Part shown: one piece after another, positions 35,494 through 47,453 of the stretch
Layout of the letters: each line of letters begins with the position of its first letter
How positions within the stretch are numbered: the first letter of the stretch is position 1
Source of the DNA: Camelus dromedarius
Lineage: Eukaryota
DNA: 64,000 nucleotides
Assembly (NCBI RefSeq): GCF_036321535.1
Contig: NC_087447.1
Coordinates: 51,772,001-51,836,000 of the forward strand
Reading direction: 5' to 3'
Position numbers and translations under genes: made by a program
The notes under the pieces: model-generated
Seen by the model: the letters and a program-made list of their open reading frames with translations, nothing else
The model's database searches: none
Told to the model about the DNA's origin: nothing

Positions 35494-36916
35494 GCTGCAC
35501 GAAGAGGAGAAGACCGGGACAAGGATCTGCCAAAAGCTCAAGCAGTCCAGCTCTCCCTCCCCACCTGAGGACCCCCCTGGCCCGAGTTCAACCTCTGTGG
35601 AGAAGATGTTTGGGGGCAAGATTGTGACTCGGATTCGTTGTCTCCGCTGCCTCAACGTCTCCTCCAGGGAGGAGGCATTCACGGACCTCTCTCTCGCCTT
35701 TCCCCCGCCCGACCGCTGCCGCCGACGCCGCGTGGGCTCAGTGATGCTCCCTGCAGAGGACATCGGCGCCCGGGACCTCCCTCCGCCATCCCGAGCCCAG
35801 GTGCCAAGTAGGACGGGTCCTCAGAGGCAGAGGAAACACTGCATCACAGGGGACGTCCCCCCCGCCGTCCTGGACATTGAAAGCCTGGGCCCCCAGGGGC
35901 CCGGGGGACAGAGCAATCTGGAGGAGAAGGTGGAGAGGGAGGAGGAGGCGGAGGAGGAAGAAAGGACCAGGGAGGAAGAGGAAGAGAAGGAAAAGGGGGA
36001 CGAGAAAGTGGAGGAAGAGAAGAAGGAAATGGAGAAGGAGACGGAGGCAGAGGGGAAGGACACAGGGGTGGAGAGGAAGGAGCTGGAGGCGGAGGGGAAG
36101 GAGCAGGAGGCGGACGCCGAGGGGAAAGAGAAGGAGGCGGAAGCGGAGGCCGAGGGGAAAGAGAAGGAGGCGGAAGCGGAGGCCGAGGGGAAGGAGAAGG
36201 AGGCGGAAGCGGAGGCCGAGAAGAAGGAAGCAGGCAACCCCGGCCCAGGGACCCGCAAGGATGCCACTGCCCCCGCTAGCGAGGGCTCCCGCTCCGTCCT
36301 GGACCTGGTCAACTACTTCCTGTCCCCTGAGAGGCTGACGGCAGAGAACCGCTACCACTGCGAGTCGTGCGCCTCGCTGCAGGACGCGGAGAAGGTGGTG
36401 GAGCTGAGCCAGGGGCCACGCTACCTCATCCTCACGCTGCTGCGCTTCTCCTTCGACCTGCGCACCATGCGGCGCCGCAAGATCCTGGACGACGTGTCCA
36501 TCCCGCTGCTGCTGCGCCTGCCGCTGGCCGGGGGCCGGGGCCAGGCCTACGACCTCTGCAGCGTCGTGGTGCACTCCGGCGTGTCCTCAGAGAGCGGCCA
36601 CTACTACTGCTACGCCCGTGAGGGCACCGCCCGCCAGACCCTGAGCCTGGGAGCCGCCGACAGGCCCGAGCCCGACAACCAGTGGTACCTGTTCAACGAT
36701 ACGCGGGTGTCCTTCTCCTCTTTTGAGTCTGTCAGCAACGTCACCTCCTTCTTCCCCAAGGACACGGCGTATGTGCTCTTCTACCGGCAGCGGCCCGGGG
36801 AGGGGTCTGAGGAGGGGCCTGAGGCTGAACCTGGCTCCCCCCGCACCCGGGCAGAGCCAACCCTCCACAAAGACTTGATGGAAGCCATTTCTAAAGACAA
36901 CATCCTTTACCTGCAG
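35494..36916 (+). CDS. USP35: USP35 coding exon 9 (CxxC pairs, acidic insertion, His box)
   Basis: ctccag|GCTGCAC ... CTGCAG|gtgagc; contains CLRC, CESC, HSGVSSESGHYY and WYLFNDTRVS; lies within ORF 35414..37051. Confidence 0.97.
36116..36220 (+). repeat. Coding 33-bp tandem repeat (3.2 copies, AEGKEKEAEAE) in USP35
   Basis: gccgaggggaa(a/g)gagaaggaggcggaagcggag at 36116, 36149 and 36182. Confidence 0.95.
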
Positions 36917-37914
36917 GTGAGCAGACCGGCTGGGACCTTCCATCGGATCACTGGGCGGAGGGGCTCCCCAGCACACCCACCTGCCCAGACAAGTTACTGC
37001 TCCTCTCTGAGTCTCTTTCTTTTTCCTTTGATCCATTTATCTATCACTTAGTTCTGGGAGAAGTGGGTGGGCCAGATAAAGGGTAACCCCGTGTTTTAGA
37101 GGAACAGACAGTAGGAGTGATCAGTTCTTTATTAAGTTGTCGTTAAGTGTGCTGGAGAAGTGGCGGTGCTCTGTGAGTGAGGCCTCGCTCAATGTGAGTG
37201 GGTGGAGAGGATCTTGGGGCACTGTCCTACCCAGTGACCTTCTCACTGTGCCTTTGACTCTTTAGAGTCAAGGGTGGTATGAAAATACTTAGCAAGTGAA
37301 ACAATAGGGCCCTGACCAACTTGAAGGGTGCTGTCCCCAACAGCTGGTGTAGTCACAGGACCCGTGGGCAGCACTGCCTGAGTCAGCAGTTTCTATGGGG
37401 AAGGTGGACCTGGGTGGGGACATTGGGGCTGCTTTTACATTTCTGCCCAGGTAGGGCAGGGGCTGGTGGTAAGGAGTCTCCATGGCCCACCTCTGTTCAG
37501 TAGGAAGAAGAGCTCTCTAGCTGGCAGTCTGTTCCTTGTGCTTTGAGAGGCAGTGAGCTGGACATTAGAGTCAGGAAGCCTGCAGAGAGGTCCCAGTTGG
37601 TGGGCTCTGGACCTCCTGCGTCCTGGTGCCACATCAGGCCCTTGTCAGCCAGTCTAGTATAAATGAGTTTTTATTAGGGAGAGGAGAAAGAATGATTTTG
37701 AAACCTAGATACAGGCTAGATATGGGTCCATTCCACTTGTCCTCCCACTGGGCTGGAGGGCCTCCAGGGCCAAAGCTGTGGCTCCTCTGTGCCTGGCCGT
37801 GGGGACCCCAGGAGACTCTTTGAAGTACTGTGTAGGGTGGCATTTGGAGAGTGAAGGGAGGACTCTGGCTTCACAGCCTTAATTTTAAGCTTCCTGCCCC
37901 ATCTTTGTTTCCAG

Positions 37915-38082
37915 GAGCAGGAGAAGGAGGCACGGAGCAGGGCCGCCTACATCTCTGCACTCCCTGCATCTCCGCACTGGAGGAGGGGCTTTGACGATGA
38001 CAAGGATGAGGATGAAGGCCCTCCCGGGGGCTGCAGCCCTGCAGGTGGCACTGGTGGCGACTTCCACAGACTGGTCTTCTAA
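37915..38082 (+). CDS. USP35: USP35 last coding exon
   Basis: ttccag|GAGCAG; encodes EQEKEARSRAAYISAL...GGDFHRLVF with TAA at 38080-38082. Confidence 0.95.
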   Translation, partial: EQEKEARSRAAYISALPASPHWRRGFDDDKDEDEGPPGGCSPAGGTGGDFHRLVF

Positions 38083-39056
38083 CATGAACCCTCCTCCCCC
38101 AGCCTGCTCGCACTTGTGGCCTCACAGCCAACCTTGGGTGGCGGGGGTGTCCTGAACCCCTTCCTTCTGGGAGCAGGGTGGGGGCCCAGGACCTGGGCCG
38201 GAGTGCTCTGCCAGGCGGGGTCTGAAGGAGGCTGTGGAGGCCGGTCCAGTCCTGAAGGTAGACCTGTCCAAGGACAAGAAAGGTGGTGAGGGGGCTTCTG
38301 GGACACCGGCCTCAGCCTGAAGGGCACTCGGAGACTCAGATACAGAGGTGAGACCCAAACCCCTTAAACTGGGCCTTAGGTCCTGACACTGGGATCAGCC
38401 CCATGAAGAGTGACACCCAGGTGTCCTGGTCAGCTTGAAGCAGCTTAGATGGACACTCTGTGGGCCTGTTCCCTGCAGGCCCCCCGACAGGGCCGAGCTT
38501 CACAGCTCTAGTGTCTCGCCATCAAGTAGCACTTCCCTTCCAGCTCCTTTCAGACAATCTTGTTTCTCTGTCGTACAAAAAGCAGAGCAGGACCCAAGCC
38601 CTGGCACAAAGAAGGGGGCTGCGTGTCACCACCTCTGGCCACCGCCTTGTTTCTCTGAGGGGGTTTGAGGCAATGCTCATGGGTGGCCACACTGTACTTT
38701 TTTGAGGAGCGTAGGTGGGAAGCAGCTGGCACAGGATCAGAGACTCCCCCCCCCCCCCCCCGACACCCAAGCAGCAATGCGGAGAGGGGAGACGGCCTCT
38801 TAACCCCTCTCCCGCCTCAGTGCCTGAGATGCCACCATTCGCATCCCCATTCTGGTTAGGAGAGAGAGTCCTTATTTTACTGCAAGCGTGTTTGTGTTTC
38901 TCACGATGACGCCTGTCCCGAGGGAAGCTGGCTGGCTCAGCACCTCAGCAGGTGGTCATTAGTGGGGCGGGCTGGTGAGTGAAGTTGACCTCCTTGTGCC
39001 CTCACACTGCTGTACCCCTTCTAAATGGAGAGAGGGGACCCAGGGTCTCAGACAGG

Positions 39057-39062
39057 AATAAA
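39057..39062 (+). terminator. Probable USP35 polyadenylation signal
   Basis: AATAAA about 975 nt after the stop, followed by GT/T-rich sequence (ctgtcgttcttcc). Confidence 0.6.
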
Positions 39063-39934
39063 AACAGGTTCTCTGAAGCCTTTAAAGCTGTCGTTCTTCC
39101 TGCCTTAGTGGCTGTGATGTCAGCTCTACGTCGGTTCCTTGCTCTCTCTGGGGAGTAAGGAGGGGATACCCCTGCACTGTTGACGTGTGCGCTGCACCGG
39201 GGAGGTAAGAGCACCCTGCACTGAAGTGGTGTGTAAATCAAAGGTGAAGCCTGGTGGTGGGGACATGCCCAGATGCAGGCCCTGGCAGAGGGAGGAAAGA
39301 ATGCTCACGATCCTGGGAAGCAGGAGGGCGGCGGGGGTACGGCTGTGTTAAGGGACTCACCTGTCGGGTGGGGCTGGAGCCCCTTCTCACCCCAGGAATG
39401 CTGGGCCACCCAGAAACAGCTGTAGCCCTGTGGGAGGTACCACATTTCTCCTTCCTCCTCCCTGAGAACCTAGAGGGGGTTCGGGGGTGGGCTCAGGAAA
39501 GCAGGAGGCAGCCCCCAGGTTCCACCCATTCTTGGAGGTGGAGTTGAGTTTTGGCACAATGTCTTAGACCTTTAAGACCTTGGAACAAGCGGAAGTGGGC
39601 CGACAGCCTGTCAGAGACTGAGTCACACTCAGGATTCATCTCTGGGCCAGCGTGCCTTCTAAGAAAGATGAGTTGGCAGAGGTTGCTACAGTTTCCGTTT
39701 CACACATCAGGAATACAGACTCCGAGGTAAGGAGGATTGACTCTTGTTCTCAGCCAAGGAAGGTACCCAATTATTCTCTGTTAAAAGGGAAGTGGAGCAG
39801 ACTGGCACGTAGCCGTCTTGGGACTGTGAGAGGACGGTAATCAGTCAAGGGTGTGTGTCGTGTGCCAGCCTCCGCCCCGCAGCCCCTCCGGACGAGGCGG
39901 AGTCAGTGGCCCTCTCTGGTTGCTTCTGATGGAC

Positions 39935-39940
39935 TTTATT
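39935..39940 (-). terminator. Probable GAB2 polyadenylation signal
   Basis: tttatt on the + strand (AATAAA on the - strand), about 3.2 kb past the GAB2 stop. Confidence 0.55.
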
Positions 39941-42900
39941 GTTGTCCAGCTCCAACACCACAGTAAAAAGGGTCCTGCAAGCTCCAGGCCTGTACCATGT
40001 GTCACCACAGCAAAAAAACAGGACCCACATGAGAACACATGCCCCCCCCCACCCCCAGACTTACTCACAGGATAAATACGTGTTACAAATTTTTTTAAAA
40101 AGAAAACAGAATAAATTAATAACTTAAGTGATTAGGCACCAACAGTGATTTGAAAAATTACATGTCAATTTTAAATGGTGACAGGGCCAGAAACCTAAGA
40201 TTGGCTGCTTCTAGCCCACTCTCTTCCCGACAAAGCGACGATTATGTGCGAAATGATTCTAAATTTCAAGACACACGTAACCAACACACAGGAACACACA
40301 CCACCCAGTATCACATGACAGCCCAACTCTCCAGTGGGACCTCAGCACATAGTGCGGTGCGTTCCAGAAGGGGGCTCTGGAGCCCGCGCTCAGCTGCCTT
40401 CCCCTACATTTTGCAGGACCAGAGAGGGGCCCTGTGCTCTGCAGGGTGTGGGTGGAGGGGGGCTGGCCATGACCACACCTTGGGGCTGAGACCTTAGCCC
40501 TGTGGGAGGTAAATTACTTAAGAATGGTTGTGCTTCTGTCCTAGGAATGGGGCATATTTGAATGGTTTCAAATGTAGAAATCATGGAAATCAATCCAGAG
40601 AAGGGACTGGGTCAGTGTTCTGGGTGTGGGCCCATCTCATTCATCTCACCAAGGCGGGAAGGAAACACAACCCCCTCCTTCCCCACTGCTCCTGCTCGCC
40701 CTTCTTTAACCTTACAGCGGTGCAGCTGGCAGGGGCTGAGGATAGCGCCCTCTCTGCGGAGCCCTGGGCAGGAGGAGGCCTGAGGGAGCCATGCTGGCTG
40801 ACAAGGCATCTGCATCCTGGGGTCTCAGTCCTTGTGAGGCAGAGGTGGACTCCGGCAGGCTGAGGGACCAGTTTTTTACACTGAGCCGGCAGGTCCACAC
40901 CAGACACATGGTCGTTTGGGTTTGTGAGCCAGTCTCTGTTTTCAGCAGGCCAGTTTCCTCTTCTCGTGTGCTTCTTTCCGTCTCTACCCCCAACGCCACC
41001 CTGAGGGCTTGGGGGTTGTAGGAACCAAGAACTGGAGGGGAGGTCTCCTTGGAGGTTAGATTTCAATACGTTTGCCTCGCAAAACTCGGATCCCAGTTTC
41101 ATTCACACCATGGCACGTTCAGAAAATGCTGCCATTACTAGGGCACCTGACAGTCAACAGGGTTTCAATACCTGGGCCCACCTGTGAGAACACAGAGGTG
41201 TGGCCCTCACTGCTGAGCCCATACACCCAAAGGTCTTTTGTTCCTAAAGCACAAAGTTCTCCAAGCCCCTCTGTCCATCTTTTTCCACTGGACTCTGATC
41301 TTGCCCTCCTAAAAATCTGACCCATCTTCTCCTAAGGCCCCTGTGAGGCACCCCCATTCCTAGAAACCACCTTCCCTGATCTCCACCCCTCATCCACCCC
41401 CGCCAGCACCAACCTCCTGGGAAGTAACCCTGCTTTCTCTGCATGTGATCAGCATTTTAAGTCTCTCACAGCCATTACCAGTGTCTTGTGTCCTTGTCTT
41501 TTTTTCCCAATTCAGGGACAAAGTCTGATTAAACCCTGTGTCCTCAGTGCCTAGCGCAGACCTGGCCACAGCAGCCATTAATGAATGCTTATTGAATTGA
41601 TCTGAATTAATAGGAGGAAGAGAGGGGCTACGCTTGAGAACCTCTCCCCCAGCCAGGATGGAGTCAGGTCATGCCACGGGGCTGGTGAGAGGGTTCATGT
41701 GTGCACACTCACAGGACCTAAAAGGTAAGCAGTAGCCACGTCCACGCAGTAGACGAGGACGGTCAGTTCACCCCAGGGTAGGATGAAACATCTGCCCAGT
41801 TGCCCCTGAAACTCTTGAAAACTTGGCCAAGGACATTGACGTAAGAGTCCCCCTCCCCAGACAGGAGAGAGAGCCTGGGGGGACACCCCTCCTCCTGTCC
41901 CTGGCAAAGGCGGGTGGAGAGATGCTGAGCTGTTGGCCTTTCAAGCCACAGGCAGAGAGGCCTGGCCACTCTCACACACCGGCCGCTAGGCTCTGCTCCC
42001 CCCTGCTCATCAACCCTGGGGACTGTCCTCGCCTGTCACTGACGACATATCGTGCCACCTCTTTCTGCCCCACCCTGCACCCCTACCTCCTCTCCCATCA
42101 GTTACCTGTGCCTCCTGCACCGCATTGCCCCCGCCCAGCCTGTTCCTGCCCCAGGGCGGCCCCTCCCTTCCACATCCCCCACCCTGCACACTGCTCTGCG
42201 TTCCCACAGCTCCATCGGCCTCCCCTCACTGTGCCGGTGCTCACGCACTGCACCACCCAGCATAGTCCAAGCCTTGTCCGCGTGGCCCTCAGTAGCGTGG
42301 GGCCTTGGGGTGGGGTGAGGACTGCACTATGTCCCAGCCCTGCAGAGAGGGACTGTAGCTCCACAGTTCTGGGGTCCCAGCCCCGCAGTGTCCTTGCACC
42401 CCAGCTCCTGGGCTCTGAGCCCCGCTCCTTGTTCTGGGTTGCCCATCATCAGGCTTCCCTTCCTCTTACCCTCATCCTTCTGCCTCTCCCACCCGCCATG
42501 GCTGCACTGCCACTTGGTCTGGACGTGGGGCCCACTGCAGGTATCCACTGCCTCTGTCTGGGTGGGGGGGGTCTCATTCTTTTGTCAAGACCAACTCTGA
42601 TCTTCCTTCTTGACCCCTTCATCTTCTGGTGGTCTTGCCTCTCCCCTGCCAAAAGAGACTGGATGACGAAGTCCATGTCCACTTTGGTCCACTGGTCCTT
42701 GGCTCCCTGGATCTGCACGATGACATGGCTTCTCCCAGGAGAAGTAGTCCAGTAAGTAGCTGGAGGGACAAAGGCCGGAGGTGTGGTAGATATTCAGGTC
42801 TAAGGGCAGGAAGAGGCTGAAGGATGCTTTGTGGCAACAGCTCTAACTAAAGTGGGGCGAGGCATGGCCATGACAGATAAAAATCAAAGGTGGGCCCCGA

Positions 42901-43104
42901 GTAGGCAGAGGAGGTTCCTCAATCGGGCCCTCACCTCCCAGGGGAAGGGGTCAGGGTCCCTGATGTCAAGTGCTTTGAAGGCCAGAGTGGAGAGGTGGTG
43001 GGCGGGAGGGGGCCGTGGGCAAGGAGAAAGGGGAGAAGGACGGGGAGGCATCAGCTCTGGAGACGCTGCCTCCTGGCCCCTCCCTGGGCACCATGGCCCC
43101 AGCG

Positions 43105-43248
43105 TCACAGCTTGGCACCCTTGGAAGGCTCCGAGGACTGCCGCACGTCCGTCCACTCCTGCATGGTGTTCTGCAGGGCCTGGGTCTTCTCCTTGTCCAC
43201 TTGAACGTAGTCTACCTTCTCGTCAGAAGTGACGGATGACGTGGATGG
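43105..43248 (-). CDS. GAB2: GAB2 last coding exon
   Basis: cctcag|CCATCC; encodes PSTSSVTSDEKVDYVQVDKEKTQALQNTMQEWTDVRQSSEPSKGAKL followed by TGA. Confidence 0.96.
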   Translation of the reverse strand, partial: PSTSSVTSDEKVDYVQVDKEKTQALQNTMQEWTDVRQSSEPSKGAKL

Positions 43249-43979
43249 CTGAGGGGCAGAGCGGGAAAGTAAAGGGGCTGTGAGTTAGCAGTGAGCTGGG
43301 GGGAGGCGGTGGGCCTCTGCCTGCCACTCTGACAGGCCTTTTTTTGTTTCCTGAAAGTGGCCTTTAAAGCCTCCACTCCAAACTGCATCATCCCGCCTGT
43401 CTGATGGAACAGCCCTTCTGATTTCCCAGCTCCTGGGAGGACCCAGGCCCTTTCCAGGCCTTCATCTCTGCCTCCACCCACCTCCCCGTAGCCACTTGTC
43501 CAGAGGAAGGAATTTGTCGGGTGCCAAAGAGCACTGGTCAGATGGCTTTGTGGGGCCTGTGGTGAGCACGCACAGCCATCCTGTGGGGGGAACCGCGCTG
43601 GGGCTGAGCGCCCCACCCTGCTCTCTCGATTGGGCAGCTAAGTGTGCTTCGTTCGTGAGGGGGGACTTTCCCAGGCCAGAGCCCTTCTGCAGGCTGCACC
43701 TAGACCAGGAGTTCTCAAAGAACTACTCAGGACACAGGATCCCCGAGTCTGGGCTCTGTCATGGATTCACGTGGTGCCTCAAGCAGGCCACGTCTTGTGT
43801 GTGCATTCATTTGCCCATCTGCACAAGGGGGATGGACTGACTGATGAGGTCCTATAGACTCGGAGTGCCTGTGTGCTGTGAGGGACTGCGAGCCACCGGT
43901 CAGCCCTGGAGGCCCCTGGCCTCCAGGACGCCTCCCTGAGAGCTCTGATGGACCCCCCCACCCATCCCACCCCAGGCAC

Positions 43980-44105
43980 CTTGCGGTGGGGGCTTGGGGA
44001 GCTCGGCTGGAAGTCCAGGGCCAGATAATCCACGCTGCCCGTGCTCTTCTTAGGGGCTGGACTGTTGGTGCCACTGGGAATGGGAGATGCAGACACTGGA
44101 TTTTG
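43980..44105 (-). CDS. GAB2: GAB2 exon (SHP2 site VDYLAL)
   Basis: tgacag|CAAAAT ... CGCAAG|gtgcct; encodes QNPVSASPIPSGTNSPAPKKSTGSVDYLALDFQPSSPSPHRK. Confidence 0.95.
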
Positions 44106-44169
44106 CTGTCACAAAGGAGAGAAAATCTGTTTAGGAAACAAACAGATTACTCTGGGAGTAAGAGCAGCT

Positions 44170-44340
44170 GGCTCACCGAGGGCCTACTGTGTCACACACT
44201 GTGCCGGGGCTTCTCATTTACACCCTCACAGCAACCCTGGGATGCAAGTATTATTACTATTCTTACTTTTTAAAACGAAGATAAACCCGTGGTTCAGAGA
44301 AGTAAAGTGACTTGCCTACAGCTGCACAGCTGGTGAGCTG
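44170..44340. mobile_element. MIR SINE
   Basis: cctactgtgtcacacactgtgcc...cctcacagcaaccctgggat...cagagaagtaaagtgacttgcc. Confidence 0.6.
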
Positions 44341-44840
44341 ACAGACCTGCCCTCACTTGCTCCTAAGAAGGGAGCACGTGTCCTTTATAGTTGGACCTTG
44401 GAGAGGCTTCTGTTGCACCAGATCTTCCCTGGAGCTCCCACCCGTGGTCTAGATCGGGGCAGCCGCCTGCTCCTCAGGGCTCTCAACAGAGGGCCCCAGC
44501 CCCAGGCTCCTCAGTGGCTTCAGGGTCTTGTCTCATCGAGGCAGCAGGACCGACTTGTCTGGCACTTTCCTGAAGTCCTAGTCACCCTTCCTATGGGTAC
44601 ATCCTCGCAGCAGGCCCTCTGCCCCTTAAGGCAGTGGCCTCCTTGAGGTAGGGACCACATCTTCTTTGCCTCTGATAACGACCCCACAGTGCTCAAGGCA
44701 GCTTTGCTGTATAGCAAATCACAAATCATGTGGGTGCCCCAGGGCTTGGGGGGAGTTAGCAAGCTGGCAAGTAGGGGAGTGAGAGGTGGGCTCCAAGGGA
44801 CCTTGGTGGCAGTCATTACTGCAGACCCCAGAGGACTCAC

Positions 44841-44943
44841 CATAGGGACATAGTTCTCCTCGCTGTCTCCCGAGTCCGTGCTGGTGATGCTCTGGGTGGA
44901 GATGGGGCGGCAGTATTGGGAGGAGCCGGGGTTGAAGGAGTGG
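44841..44943 (-). CDS. GAB2: GAB2 exon (YVPM PI3K site)
   Basis: ccacag|CCACTC ... CCTATG|gtgagt; encodes HSFNPGSSQYCRPISTQSITSTDSGDSEENYVPM. Confidence 0.95.
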
Positions 44944-45112
44944 CTGTGGAGAAAAGACAGTAAACCCTGGGGCACATCCAGCCTCCCGCTGGGCCCTGGC
45001 CCTCACACCCCTGCTCTCTGAGATCAGATTAAGATCTGATACAGGGCAGGGACAGTGACTTGTTGCATTCACCAGCCCGATGGCCCCGTTCCAACTACAA
45101 ATAGACACTCAC

Positions 45113-45203
45113 ATGGCCCGAGACCAAGACTTGGTGACGGGTGACTTGAAGGGGAGCTCATCAATGACGGTGTTATTTCTCAGGTCAAGTGGTGTTGGCT
45201 TTG
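45113..45203 (-). CDS. GAB2: GAB2 exon
   Basis: ctgcag|CAAAGC ... GCCAT|gtgagt; encodes (A)KPTPLDLRNNTVIDELPFKSPVTKSWSRA. Confidence 0.95.
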
Positions 45204-45459
45204 CTGCAGCAGGAACAGAAAGTCGAGTCATCACCCACGATGACAATGCCAGACATACAAACACTTACACATAACACACAGATCCATACAGATGTATCTA
45301 TACATCTTTCCATGTGGACACAGACTCAGCAAGGTTCTGTGATCTCTGCCCATGTGGATCACGTCTTCAAATTACATATCCTTTGCACTGTAAGCTATGG
45401 TAATCATACTTTCAGAATCTTAAAATGGGGACATGGCCTCTGACAACAGATTGTTCTCT

Positions 45460-45620
45460 GGATTTCTCCTAAGCAAACCCAGAAGGCAGGCATTACTGTC
45501 CCCATTCCACAGAGAAGAAAACTGGGGTTCAGAGAATGTACATGATTTACTCAAAGCCACGTACCTGGCAGTGCTAGATGAGGCTCCCAGCCCACACCCA
45601 CCTGGTCTGAAGGCCTGGCC
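45460..45620. mobile_element. MIR SINE
   Basis: ccccattccacagagaagaaaactggggttcagaga...tgatttactcaaagccac. Confidence 0.55.
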
Positions 45621-46077
45621 CGCGGTCTCTTCGCTGCTGTTACCTCCTACTAGGCTGCTCTGTCCGTCCCGCCTTGCGCAGGCCCAGGCCGGATACAATC
45701 CCTCATCCCTGAATTGCATTATACACTATGAAGCACTTTTAGATCTATTACCTACATCCTTCAACATCTCTGGGAGGTCAAGTTCTATACTTCCCATTTG
45801 AGAGATGAGAAGAAAGAAGGCTCAGAGACAGAAGGATTTCTTTACAGTCACATGTTAGCAGGGGGCAGAACTGGAACCTGAATTTGTCCTGTCCTGATTC
45901 CTGCAGCCAGTCCCTAGGGTGCCAGACCACTGGGCTGAACTTGGAGTGTGTGTGAGTTTGGGATGGTTCAGGCTGTCACCTCCTTGCAAGAAAATTTCAG
46001 GATCCCCTTGATCCCTAAATGAATGCAAATAATCCCTGAACATTGTCCAAGATGGACCAGGGAAAGAGTGGACCTAC

Positions 46078-46342
46078 CTTTCCGGTCAGGTTTGAGGTTG
46101 CGGTTGACAGGAGGTGGCTGGATCTCACTCCCTCGGCTGGAGCCGCGGTGCATAGACAGGGCTGTAGATGGGTAGCCGAGCGGGTCAAAGTGATGGGGCC
46201 CTGGGCTCATGGGGATGTAGGCACTCTGGGAATTATCACCTGCTCGCTCCATGGCCAGCAGGGTGGAGGAGCCTGGATTCATGGGCACGTAGTTGTCCTC
46301 AGAATTGGTGCTATCTGATCGGCCCACGACTGTTTTCCCTGG
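46078..46342 (-). CDS. GAB2: GAB2 exon (YVPM, YIPM, PPVNRNLKP)
   Basis: tcttag|CCAGGG ... GAAAG|gtaggt; encodes PGKTVVGRSDSTNSEDNYVPMNPG...PPPVNRNLKPDRK. Confidence 0.96.
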
Positions 46343-47358
46343 CTAAGAGCGAAAAGAAATGCAGTCGTTACTAGTGAAAGGAAACCAGAAGGGGGTGAAG
46401 TTGTACCCAAGGCAAGAAAAGTCATGCCTGAGTTAGCTGCCCTGTGAAGCTACACGGCAGACCCCGGGAAAACCGACTACGACGGCAGAGGAGGAGACGG
46501 GAAGAAACAAGCACCGTACTCCTTTGGGGTTTATGTATAAATCTATGGTAAATTTTTCGTATAAAATACCCACGAGGCTTTCTAGATGCCTCAGAGGACA
46601 GCATCAGCCATGCACTGCATGGCCTTCAAGTTCAGACTCATGATGGGCAGGTCAGCACCTCAGGACCTGAGCAGGGCAAGGAGCGTGAGAGAAGCCTTGG
46701 CCCCGGCAGGTGAGGTATGGCCAGGTGTGCTTCCACAGCTCAGCTTTCAGTGTGACCGCCAGGCTGCAGGCGGTGCTGCCACAGAGCTGTGTGACGCAGC
46801 CACCGCGGCCGGAGCCTCCCTTCCACTCCTGCCCTGTCTGTCCAGACATACAACTATAAGCTGCCTTTGCCTCAGGTACCTGACTTTCAGTTTTTCCAGG
46901 CCCTAGTTAGCTTAGCTGGGGCTGGACACCCTGGAGAACAGTGATCAGCCCAGTCCAGAGGGCAGCCTGGAATCCGGCACTTAAAACCGTAATTCAGCCC
47001 CAGAGCCTGACTCTGAGCACCGCCCTACACTGCATCCTCCTCTAGGTGAGACCTCATGGGCCAGGCTGCTGCTGCGATCCACTGCCCCAGAGCCTGGGTC
47101 CTCTGCAGTCTAGACCCTCCTGCATACCCACAGTGATGAGCCTTGTAAGTCAGGTGCACTTAAGTGCAATTTCTTCCAGACCAGGATCCCTGCATCTTAC
47201 TTTCCAAAAACAACCCAGGTTCTGAACGGAGGCAGGAAGCTAGGCAGGATGCTAAGAGGGAGAAGCCCTCACTCTTTCAGGCTGTGTTTTTAGTCCTGTG
47301 GGTGTGACCGTTAACCCACCTGAGCTGGCCTGAGGACCCCTAGCTACACCCCACTCAC

Positions 47359-47453
47359 CAGGAAGGCGCTGACTGCCTCACTCGTGGACTCGGCAGAGCG
47401 GCCTGCACTGTCTCCACCACGCTGGGGGTAGTCGTAGGATTCGCAGGAAGAAG
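47359..47453 (-). CDS. GAB2: GAB2 exon
   Basis: tcgtag|CTTCTT ... TTCCTG|gtgagt; encodes (A)SSCESYDYPQRGGDSAGRSAESTSEAVSAFL; 95 nt keeps the frame. Confidence 0.92.

Larger units (their letters stand above)
168..39085 (+). other. USP35: USP35 gene span (ubiquitin-specific peptidase 35); the non-coding first exon presumably lies upstream of the window
   Basis: CDS join(178..850,2024..2156,3697..3826,4274..4375,5958..6116,10372..10565,33798..33891,34841..34947,35494..36916,37915..38082) = 3183 nt, 1060 aa. All introns are GT-AG and phases are consistent. The protein starts MDKILEAVVTSSYP and ends DFHRLVF*. Confidence 0.96.

Noticed and set aside
36116..36220. CRISPR-like repeat array
   Set aside because: There are no spacers; it is an in-frame coding tandem repeat in a mammalian exon.
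35738..36574. 278-aa and 163-aa antisense ORFs, plus an Arg-rich alternate-frame ORF
   Set aside because: These are shadows of the GC-rich, purine-repeat USP35 exon.
41823..42755. 310-aa + strand ORF antisense to the GAB2 3'UTR
   Set aside because: It starts at TTG, is Pro/Leu/Ser-rich with no recognisable domain, and such ORFs arise by chance in GC-rich sequence.
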